From: an uncultured Gammaproteobacteria bacterium
GTDB taxonomy: Bacteria; Patescibacteriota; Patescibacteriia; Patescibacteriales; GWC2-42-12
Length of the DNA: 64,000 bases
Reading direction: 5' to 3'
Assembly (NCBI GenBank): GCA_964537265.1
Contig: CAZHZE010000003.1
Coordinates: forward strand, 29,530 to 93,529
The notes under the pieces are model-generated. The model did no database searches. It was not told where the DNA came from and saw only the letters and a program-made list of their open reading frames with translations. Each line of letters starts with the position of its first letter. Position 1 is the stretch's first letter. Of this stretch, positions 35,858 to 43,408 are shown piece after piece. The translations under genes and the position numbers were made by a program.

Positions 35858-38149
35858 ATGAATTATAAAATAGCCCAATTTATTTTAACGCCCGGCCAAA
35901 GAAACGAATTAATGCATGAAATTTATATTGCTCAACCAGACGCCACTAAAGAAGCTTTGGCTGGAAAAATTTTTGCTTTAATCGAAATTGAATCAAGAAA
36001 AACCGATAGCCTAAAAATTATTAATTTTTTAATTAACACTCTTAGCCATAGTTATTACCAAAATGAAAAAATGATCTTACGCGAACGAGTTTCTAGTATA
36101 AAAATAGAACATATTTTTGAATCTGCTCTGGCTAAAACTAATAAAAAACTAGGCGAATTCTTACAAAGCGAAAAAATAAAATTAAACCCCGAATCGGTAA
36201 ATATCACTATCGGCGTTATTTATAATGACAGTTTGCATTTTTCTAACTTAGGCAAAAATAAAGCTTTATTAATTTATAAAAATAAATCCGAAGAAAACGC
36301 CAAGCACAAATTAATTGACATAACCGAACAAACCGAAAAAGGCGAAATGAAAAAACCTTTAAGCTCAGCTAAGCTATTTTCTAACGTAGTAAGCGGAGCC
36401 ATACCGCGCAGCGGCTATTTCATTTTTACTAATGAAACTTTTACTGAATATTTATCGGCTAAGCAAATCGCCAATATTATTACTACTCTGCCTCCAGCTA
36501 GCGCTGCCGAACAAATTAAAAATACCTTAAGTAAAATTAACGCTTATGTGCCATTTTTAGGCATTATTATAAAAAACACGACCGGATTAGAAGTCAAAGA
36601 AATGAAAATAAAAAAACCTCTAGCTTCTACAAGCGCTTCAATCGAAAATTTAATAGCTACCGAAGAGCAAACGGAAAAATTATTAACTCCTTCTGGATTA
36701 GTTAGCGCAAAAAAATGGACATCGGCTTTAAGCGGCTTAGCCGGACGAATAACCTCTAAACAAACGGAAAAAATCGGCGAAAAAACATTTTTGCTAAAAG
36801 ATAAAATTTTCTCTGGCAGAAAAATCAGCCGATTCTCAATTAAAAAAATCTTTGGTTTTTTAAAAAATTATACTGTCTGGATAATCAGCCTTTTTATTCA
36901 TCTTTTTAAAATATTAACCGATAGGCAAAAAATGGCTGAAGCATTAAAACAGCTCGCTCAAAATACAAAAAATTTATATTTAACCGCTAAAAATAATTTA
37001 ATAAAACTATTTTTCTGGTATAAAAACCTTAATAAAACAAATAAAATTTTATTGTCAGCTGTTTTAATTTGTTTGTTAATTTTTTCTGCTAATTTAATTT
37101 GGCAAGGGGTAAAAAATAATCAAACCAAAAATCAAGCCGCGATTAATGATTTAATAGCTGCGATTAATCAAAAGCAAAATCAAATTGACGCTAGCTTATT
37201 ATATAGTAATGAAACCGGCGCCAAAAAACTGCTCGAAGAAATTAAGCCTCTAATCGAGCAATTGCCGCAAAAAACTCAAGATCAAAAAGATCAATATAAT
37301 AATATTATGGCTAAACATCGGGTGCAAACAGAAAAAATAAGCCGCGTTATAAGAGTTAACCCGATCGAAATTGCTAATTTGATTAATCTAAACGCTAACG
37401 CTAAGCCAACTAATATTATTATAGCTCAAGGAAAAATATTCGCGGCTGATGCAGCGCAAAAAAGCATTTATAATGTTGATACGAAAAGCAATCTGACCAC
37501 GGCCATAAGTTTAGCCGATCAAAATATAAGCCGTCTTGATTTTCCGAGCGTTGATAAAAATAACAATATATCTTATTTTAATTCTAATAATATTATTATT
37601 TTTGACGCTAAAACAGAAAAAATATCTTCTTTAGAAATTGATTATTCGGCCAAACCGCAAAAAATTATCGATATGAAACAATATAATAACCGGTATTATT
37701 TAGTTGACGCGCAAAACGGACAAATTTACCGCTTTGAAAAAAGTGGCGCTAAATTAACTAATTATAGCGCCTGGTTAAATACTCAGGAAGATTTAAGCTC
37801 AGCCGTTAATTTAGCCATTGATGGTAATATTTATATTTTAAAAAATAACGGCGAGGTCAGCCAATATACCAAAGGCGCTAAAAAAATATTTGCCATTTCC
37901 CCGGTTGAACCAAATTTCAGCCAAACCACCAAAATATCTATCTCCGAAACCCAGGATTATCTTTACATTTTAGAACCGAGCAACAAAAGATTGGTTGTTT
38001 TTAAAAAAAATGGCGACTTCGTCAACCAATATACCAGCGACCAATTTAATGACTTAAGAGATTTCCAAATTGATGAAGCTAATAAAAAAATATATTTCCT
38101 AAACGGCGCCTTGATTTATTCTATAGATATGGCAGAAATAAAAAAATAA
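35858..38149 (+). CDS. hypothetical bitopic membrane protein (763 aa) with a degenerate PP2C-like N-terminal domain, coiled coil and C-terminal beta-propeller-like repeats
   Basis: The N-terminal ~240 aa resemble the PP2C fold (ITIGVIYNDSLHFSNLGKNKALLIY; SGYFIFTNETFTEYLS), but the metal-binding Asp motifs are replaced. Two TM helices lie around aa 340-410. The C-terminus has NHL-like repeats (YLYILEPSNKRLVVFKKNGDF). The family call is low confidence. Confidence 0.5.
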   Translation: MNYKIAQFILTPGQRNELMHEIYIAQPDATKEALAGKIFALIEIESRKTDSLKIINFLINTLSHSYYQNEKMILRERVSSIKIEHIFESALAKTNKKLGEFLQSEKIKLNPESVNITIGVIYNDSLHFSNLGKNKALLIYKNKSEENAKHKLIDITEQTEKGEMKKPLSSAKLFSNVVSGAIPRSGYFIFTNETFTEYLSAKQIANIITTLPPASAAEQIKNTLSKINAYVPFLGIIIKNTTGLEVKEMKIKKPLASTSASIENLIATEEQTEKLLTPSGLVSAKKWTSALSGLAGRITSKQTEKIGEKTFLLKDKIFSGRKISRFSIKKIFGFLKNYTVWIISLFIHLFKILTDRQKMAEALKQLAQNTKNLYLTAKNNLIKLFFWYKNLNKTNKILLSAVLICLLIFSANLIWQGVKNNQTKNQAAINDLIAAINQKQNQIDASLLYSNETGAKKLLEEIKPLIEQLPQKTQDQKDQYNNIMAKHRVQTEKISRVIRVNPIEIANLINLNANAKPTNIIIAQGKIFAADAAQKSIYNVDTKSNLTTAISLADQNISRLDFPSVDKNNNISYFNSNNIIIFDAKTEKISSLEIDYSAKPQKIIDMKQYNNRYYLVDAQNGQIYRFEKSGAKLTNYSAWLNTQEDLSSAVNLAIDGNIYILKNNGEVSQYTKGAKKIFAISPVEPNFSQTTKISISETQDYLYILEPSNKRLVVFKKNGDFVNQYTSDQFNDLRDFQIDEANKKIYFLNGALIYSIDMAEIKK

Positions 38150-38175
38150 TTGGAAAGCGACTACTAATAAAAATT

Positions 38176-38211
38176 TAAAAAAGACATTCTATTTGCAGAA
38201 TGTCTTTTTTA
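38176..38211. terminator. bidirectional rho-independent terminator
   Basis: A perfect 10-bp stem joins aagacattct (38181-38190) to agaatgtctt (38197-38206) with a 6-nt loop. An A-run and a T-run flank it, and it lies between convergent genes. Confidence 0.8.
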
Positions 38212-38239
38212 TTAAATAAATTTTTGCTATTCAGTAAAT

Positions 38240-38656
38240 TTATTTTAAAGTAACTTTGGCGCCAGATTCTTCTAATTTCTTTTTCATAGCCTCGGCGTCT
38301 TCTTTTTTTACGCCTTCTTTTACCATCTTAGGAGCGCCGTCAACTAAATCTTTAGCGTCTTTTAAACCCATTTCGGTTAATTCGCGTACCACTTTAATAA
38401 CCGCGATTTTGTTTGAACCAGCATCGGTTAACTCAACATCAAAGCTGGTTTTTTCTTCTACTGGAGCGCCAGCAGCACCGGCGGCTGGACCAGCCATCAT
38501 CATAGCCGGAGCGGCAGCGGAAACACCAAATTTCTTTTCTAAAATCTTTACCAATTCGGCTAAATCTAAAACTGACATTTTTTCAATGGTTTCCACCAAA
38601 GATTTAAACTTTTCAGGAACTGTTATTTGTTCCTCTTGCTTTGTTTCTTCTGACAT
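38240..38656 (-). CDS. rplL: 50S ribosomal protein L7/L12
   Basis: The N-terminal dimerisation helix, the Ala/Gly/Pro hinge ([19 protein letters not shown]) and the C-terminal domain ([12 protein letters not shown]...[10 protein letters not shown]) are all present. Confidence 0.95.
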   Translation of the reverse strand: MSEETKQEEQITVPEKFKSLVETIEKMSVLDLAELVKILEKKFGVSAAAPAMMMAGPAAGAAGAPVEEKTSFDVELTDAGSNKIAVIKVVRELTEMGLKDAKDLVDGAPKMVKEGVKKEDAEAMKKKLEESGAKVTLK

Positions 38657-38681
38657 AAATTTTTTAATTATGAATAATTAA

Positions 38682-39218
38682 TTATTTGTTATTTTTTTCG
38701 CTAACGGCTTTTAAAACTTGGACTAAATTTCTTAAATTGCCGGCTAAAGCGTTAACAAAACCAGACACCGGAGAATTTATTGAACCGACTAATTTTGCAT
38801 ATAATTCCTGCTTGCTTGGTAAAGTCGCTAAATTGGCGACCTCGCTAGCGCCGATATACTTATTTTCTAAAACACCACCGATAAATTCAATTTTAGCATC
38901 TTTTTCTTTATCTTTTTTAAATTGGCCGACTATTTTAGCCGGAGAAACTTCATCCTCATAACCGAAAATCGCAGCTACTTGGCCCTGAAATTTCTTTACA
39001 TCTAAACCCTCTATAGACTTATCTTTTAAGGCTAAGCCGAATAAAGTCTTCTTAGCTACATAATATTCGTTATTCTCTTGGCGCAATTTAGATCTTAACT
39101 CTTCATTTTCTTTAACAGTCAAAGCATTATATTTAGTGAAAATAATTGATTTAGCTCTAGAAATTTTATCATTTAAATCATGCAAAATTGTTCGTTTTTG
39201 TTCTTTTGTCTTAGGCAT
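38682..39218 (-). CDS. rplJ: 50S ribosomal protein L10
   Basis: This 178-aa protein lies immediately upstream of rplL. The segments KSIIFTKYNALTV and the C-terminal helix are typical of L10. Confidence 0.9.
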   Translation of the reverse strand: MPKTKEQKRTILHDLNDKISRAKSIIFTKYNALTVKENEELRSKLRQENNEYYVAKKTLFGLALKDKSIEGLDVKKFQGQVAAIFGYEDEVSPAKIVGQFKKDKEKDAKIEFIGGVLENKYIGASEVANLATLPSKQELYAKLVGSINSPVSGFVNALAGNLRNLVQVLKAVSEKNNK

Positions 39219-39394
39219 ATTTTTGATTATTATTTTATAGTTTTTAAAATAAAAAAGTCTGCAAAACCGCAGACCATAAACAAAGTGGCTAAAATTAGCT
39301 CTGTCTCGGCAGGTTTTACCCTAATATTAGGCACCTACTGTCTGCGACTATTTAATTTACTTATTTATCTTAACATTTTTATATTTTATGTCAA
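39219..39394 (-). promoter_or_regulatory. rplJ promoter plus structured leader with an attenuator hairpin (putative L10 leader)
   Basis: On the minus strand, TTGACA is at 39394-39389, the spacer is 16 nt, and TAAGAT is at 39372-39367. A ~140-nt leader follows. It contains GC-rich pairings and the hairpin gtctgc-ggtttt-gcagac (39257-39274) followed by UUUUUUAUUUU. Confidence 0.45.
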
Positions 39395-39402
39395 GTTTTT
39401 AA

Positions 39403-39813
39403 TTATTTGCACTTGCTAAACAAATATTTTTGCCAAGAAAACATAATTAAGAATAAAACTGATAAAACAATTATGTCGGTAGCGCCTAAAACACCATTAG
39501 CTTGATAAATTATTAATCCTAAAAGTATTGGGGTGCAAAAAACAACGATATCAGAAAATAATTTATGAAAAACATTAAGATAAAGCACTATTTCGGTATT
39601 TTGTTCATTTTTTTTCTCCCGTATCTCACGGCGAATAATTTTTAATTGGATTAAAAATAAAATACCAAAAAAAGCCAGGGGCACCATTGATTGCAAAAAT
39701 AAAGAAAAATCGGGCAAATGATCGCCGGAAATAAAATAAAATATGCAAAATACTATCAATAAAATTAAAAAAACTAAATTTAAAAAATCCAATATTAAAT
39801 CTTTGGCTGACAT
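39403..39813 (-). CDS. hypothetical integral membrane protein (136 aa, four TM helices)
   Basis: The call rests on the hydrophobic helix pattern. I do not recognise the family. Confidence 0.5.
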   Translation of the reverse strand: MSAKDLILDFLNLVFLILLIVFCIFYFISGDHLPDFSLFLQSMVPLAFFGILFLIQLKIIRREIREKKNEQNTEIVLYLNVFHKLFSDIVVFCTPILLGLIIYQANGVLGATDIIVLSVLFLIMFSWQKYLFSKCK

Positions 39814-39816
39814 AAA

Positions 39817-40809
39817 TTATTTTAAATATTTAGCTTTATTATAATTATGCTCCTCTAAAGTTTTACTGAAAATAGTTTTTCCTGTTTCCGGATCGCTTAA
39901 AAAATAATTATAATTAGTATTTTCCGGATAAATTGCGGCTGCAATAGCGTTAAGGCCCGGATTGGCTATCGGTCCTGGCGGCAAACCGCGATATTTATAA
40001 GTATTGTATGGCGAATTAATTTTAGTATCTTCTACGCTATATTGCGCCTTATTAACTCCTAAAATATAAGCGAGCGTAGCGCAAGACTGTAAGCCCTGGC
40101 CGTTTTTTATCCTATTCCAAAATATACCGGAAACTATTTTCATGTCGCTTACTGATCTTACTTCTTTTTCAACTATTGACGCCATGGTTATAATTTCATA
40201 AATAGTCTTTTTCTGTTTTAAGATTTCTTCTTTCATGGCCGAAGTTAATTTCTTATTAAAATTATTAAGCATCTTATCAATAATATCCTGCGCGGTAGCA
40301 TTTTTATTTATGCGATAAGTATCGGGAAATAAAAAACCTTCTAAATTAGCGTTCTCGGGCAGGCCATACGCCGTCTTTATATTTTGGTTAGCCGAATTTT
40401 TAGCTATATTAATAAAACTATTTTCCGCTATAATTTTATTTTCATTTAAATATTTATTTATATCTTTTATATTCCAGCCTTCGATAATGCGAATTATTTT
40501 TTCTTGGCTAATCGCTTCGCCTTGGCTTAAAATTTTTATAATTTCATTAGTGCTTAAATTCGGGCTGATTGAATATTCACCGGCTTGAATTTTTAAATCG
40601 CCCCGCCAAATCTTATATTTAAAATAAAATTCCGACCTGATCAAATTATTTAGACGCAGATTTTTAGCTATTTGCGTAGCTGTTTCTCCTTTAGCTACTA
40701 TAAAATTTTCCGCCTGACTGCTAGACGAAACTGGCGAATTTAAATTCTGCCAATATAAAAAACCGCCAACCGCTACAATTATAATTACGATTAAAAATTT
40801 TTTAAACAT
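39817..40809 (-). CDS. mltG: endolytic murein transglycosylase MltG (YceG-like)
   Basis: The protein has an N-terminal TM helix and a LysM-like segment. It carries EGFLFPDTY and the catalytic-Glu box (ASIVEKE). Confidence 0.88.
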   Translation of the reverse strand: MFKKFLIVIIIVAVGGFLYWQNLNSPVSSSSQAENFIVAKGETATQIAKNLRLNNLIRSEFYFKYKIWRGDLKIQAGEYSISPNLSTNEIIKILSQGEAISQEKIIRIIEGWNIKDINKYLNENKIIAENSFINIAKNSANQNIKTAYGLPENANLEGFLFPDTYRINKNATAQDIIDKMLNNFNKKLTSAMKEEILKQKKTIYEIITMASIVEKEVRSVSDMKIVSGIFWNRIKNGQGLQSCATLAYILGVNKAQYSVEDTKINSPYNTYKYRGLPPGPIANPGLNAIAAAIYPENTNYNYFLSDPETGKTIFSKTLEEHNYNKAKYLK

Positions 40810-40812
40810 AAA

Positions 40813-41247
40813 TTATTTTTTAGAAGAATTTTTTTTAGCCGCTTCGGCGATTAAAGTGGAACTAGCGCGAATTTTTTTACCCAATCCGTCAACCATTTTT
40901 ATTTTTAGCTTCTGGCAAACTTCATATTCCGGCACATCACCAAAACTTTTCCTATCACCGCCATTAGCAAAAACATCCGGCCTAATTTTGGCCAAAGATT
41001 TAATTACAGTTTTATCTTTATCGATTGAAAGAAAAACTTTATCAACTCCTTTTATGGCAGAAACAATTTTCATTCTGTCAGCCTGGTTCATGAAAGGCAC
41101 GCTGCCTTTTAATTTAACTTGATGATCATTATTTACAATAACAACCAGCCTATCGCCTAATTTTTTAGCTTTGTTAATCATCTCTAAATGGCCAATATGC
41201 AAAGGATTAAAATAACCGCTAACAGCCACGGTAATTTTCTTTTTCAT
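40813..41247 (-). CDS. cytidylyltransferase-like nucleotidyltransferase (HxGH family)
   Basis: This 144-aa protein has GYFNPLHIGHLEMI (HxGH motif), a Rossmann-like fold and a C-terminal SST motif region. The substrate cannot be assigned. Confidence 0.7.
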   Translation of the reverse strand: MKKKITVAVSGYFNPLHIGHLEMINKAKKLGDRLVVIVNNDHQVKLKGSVPFMNQADRMKIVSAIKGVDKVFLSIDKDKTVIKSLAKIRPDVFANGGDRKSFGDVPEYEVCQKLKIKMVDGLGKKIRASSTLIAEAAKKNSSKK

Positions 41248-41329
41248 AAATTATTCAAATTTATTTTATATTATTATTTTACCAAATATAACTTATACCA
41301 GCAATGCCTAAAATGATCTAAAACTTAAC

Positions 41330-41358
41330 TTGATTTTAACTAAAAAATATGCTATAAT
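41330..41358 (+). promoter_or_regulatory. sigma70-type promoter with extended -10 (TTGATT-17 nt-TGCTATAAT)
   Basis: The -35 is at 41330-41335 and the -10 at 41353-41358, preceded by TGC. It lies upstream of the plus-strand CAP-domain gene. Confidence 0.5.
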
Positions 41359-41411
41359 TATAATATAGGGTAAAAAATTGACAAAAAACAAAAATAAAGA
41401 TAAAAATAAAA

Positions 41412-42272
41412 ATGGTGCAAAATTTAAATGGGCGGCTATATTTCACTTATGGCACCCCTAAAAATAAAAATAATAAGCTATCAAAGCATAATATAAAGTT
41501 GTCTCTATTGGGTATACTCGTAGGGATTTTTTTATTGCCTAATTTAGCTTACTTATCCTCCATAACTCCGGAGAACATAATTAAATTAACTAATCAAGAA
41601 AGGCAAACGGCCGGACTTAATATTTTAACCAATAACCAATTATTGACTCAAGCGGCGTTAACTAAAGCGCAAGCAATTTTAGAATCCCAAAATTTTAACC
41701 ATAATATCGATGATAAAAAATTCTCTGCCTGGATACGCGATACTGGCTATGATTATTCTTTTGTCGGAGAAAACTTAGCAATTGATTTTGTTAACAGCGA
41801 AGATATAATGCGAGCCTGGGAAAATTCTCCTCTGCATAAAAAAAACCTTTTAAGCCCTTACTACAAAGAAATCGGGGTAGCGGCAATTAACGGAAAATTT
41901 CAGGGTCAAGACACAACGATAGTAGTGCAAATTTTTGGTACGCCATCTTTAAATAATTTCCAACCTTTAACGACCGGATATAATTCAAATTATTCTGAAT
42001 TAAATTTAACCATCCAACAAATAGGTTATCAGGAAAGTTTGCTGACTAATTCAATTTTAAATCAAAAAGTTCTACCCGCTTACCAAAGCAACATAACCCT
42101 AGCTAGCGAAAATAATTTTAGTTTGGAAGCGAATAAATTTATTGTACAGCCAAAACTTTTTTCAATCACTGAAAATTTATTAATAATTTTTACTTCCTTA
42201 TTTCTAATTTATCTCTTGATGTTTATATACTACTATTATTTATATAAATTTAATAAATTGGTTTCCGCGTAA
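41412..42272 (+). CDS. CAP/SCP (PR-1-like) domain protein, membrane anchored at both ends
   Basis: CAP-domain segments are present (NQERQTAGLNIL, VGENLA, WENSPLHKKNLL). There is an N-terminal TM helix and a C-terminal TM helix. Confidence 0.7.
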   Translation: MVQNLNGRLYFTYGTPKNKNNKLSKHNIKLSLLGILVGIFLLPNLAYLSSITPENIIKLTNQERQTAGLNILTNNQLLTQAALTKAQAILESQNFNHNIDDKKFSAWIRDTGYDYSFVGENLAIDFVNSEDIMRAWENSPLHKKNLLSPYYKEIGVAAINGKFQGQDTTIVVQIFGTPSLNNFQPLTTGYNSNYSELNLTIQQIGYQESLLTNSILNQKVLPAYQSNITLASENNFSLEANKFIVQPKLFSITENLLIIFTSLFLIYLLMFIYYYYLYKFNKLVSA

Positions 42273-42277
42273 ATAAT

Positions 42278-42712
42278 ATGCTACAAATTTTAATTGCGCC
42301 TTTGGCCGCGGCTCTAATCGCCCAGCTAATAAAATTATTTATAAAATCAAATGGTTTAAAATTTGATTGGCGATCTTTCTCTTCTTATTCAGGCATGCCT
42401 TCTAGCCATGCGGCCATGGCCGCTTCGCTTTGCGCTAGCGTTGGCTTGACCCAGAGTTTTAACTCCCCTCTTTTTTTTGTATGCCTTATTCTAAGCTTTT
42501 TTATATTGCGCGATGCTTTTGGTTTAAGAAATTATGTAGGGAAAAATGGTCAAACCTTAAATGAACTAACAAAAAATTTAAGCGATAATAAAATTATTTC
42601 TTTAGAAAAATATCCCGGCTTGAATGAAAAAGTCGGCCATACCCCTAGGCAAATTATGGCCGGGATTATTTTAGGTATTATAGTAAGCGTAATTGCATAT
42701 TATATTTTTTAA
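42278..42712 (+). CDS. divergent PAP2 family protein (DUF212)
   Basis: This 144-aa membrane protein has the YSGMPSSHAA motif characteristic of the DUF212/acid-phosphatase-related family. Confidence 0.8.
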   Translation: MLQILIAPLAAALIAQLIKLFIKSNGLKFDWRSFSSYSGMPSSHAAMAASLCASVGLTQSFNSPLFFVCLILSFFILRDAFGLRNYVGKNGQTLNELTKNLSDNKIISLEKYPGLNEKVGHTPRQIMAGIILGIIVSVIAYYIF

Positions 42713-42724
42713 AATAAAAATAAT

Positions 42725-42760
42725 AAAAAACAGCTGCTATAAAAGTCAAGCTGTTTTTTT
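42725..42760. terminator. bidirectional terminator-like hairpin
   Basis: The stem joins acagct (42730-42735) to agctgt (42749-42754), extended by A-run/T-run pairing. The loop is 13 nt. It lies between convergent genes. Confidence 0.45.
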
Positions 42761-42775
42761 ATTGGAAAATAAATC

Positions 42776-43408
42776 CTATTTTTCTAATTTCCCCGACCCT
42801 TTAGGGTTATAGCCGTTTTTTACTTCGTCGCCATCTTTATATCCATCGCCGTCAGTATCAGAATTTAATGGGTCGGTTTGATATCTTGATATTTCTTCTG
42901 CGTCGCTCAATCCGTCTCCGTCTGTATCCAACTTCTTATCGGCGACACCTTTTAAACAATTATCTTTATCTGTCTGGTTAGAAATTTTAGCGCAATATTT
43001 TTCGTCGCCGGTTTTAATGGCTAAACTAAAAGAAGTTTGAGCTAAACAATTTTCAAATGCCGCGCCATCGGCTAACTCGTTACATTTATCTAAATCGTTA
43101 TTATTCGCTGCCTCCTTTATAAAATAAGATTGAAAACAATTTATTTTATCTTCTTCATTTTGTAGCTGCTCGCAAACTTTGTTATTGTCTTCATTCAATA
43201 TATCTTGCGTTAAAGATAGAATCTTATCAGTGTTTTTTTCGGGATTATCCGCTTGATTATTATTTTTTTCTTCAATTGCTCCTTTATAATCTTTAATAAC
43301 ATAAACACCAGCAATAAAAACAGATATAAACAAACAAACAGCTATAATAATTACAACTTTCTTATTCATATAATTAAGGACAATTAATTGTTTCGTATAT
43401 AATAACAA
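42776..43408 (-). CDS. small membrane-anchored Cys-repeat protein with C-terminal thrombospondin-type-3 (TSP3) Ca-binding repeats (cassette A partner)
   Basis: The C-terminus reads DTDGDGLSDAEEISRYQTDPLNSDTDGDGYKDGDEVKNGYNPKG. It has one TM helix and repeated C-x(9-12)-C helical units. The likely true start is the ATG at 43369 (MNKKVVIII), 4 nt after the upstream stop. Confidence 0.65.
   Translation of the reverse strand: MLLYTKQLIVLNYMNKKVVIIIAVCLFISVFIAGVYVIKDYKGAIEEKNNNQADNPEKNTDKILSLTQDILNEDNNKVCEQLQNEEDKINCFQSYFIKEAANNNDLDKCNELADGAAFENCLAQTSFSLAIKTGDEKYCAKISNQTDKDNCLKGVADKKLDTDGDGLSDAEEISRYQTDPLNSDTDGDGYKDGDEVKNGYNPKGSGKLEK

Noticed and set aside
43374-43408. A 35-nt overlap between the 1028-aa gene and the first ATG of the downstream partner gene.
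   Set aside because: The overlap is probably an artefact of taking the longest ORF. The ATG at 43369 (MNKKVVIII...) matches the N-terminus of the paralog 46462..47250 (MLNKKIIII...) and lies 4 nt after the upstream stop.
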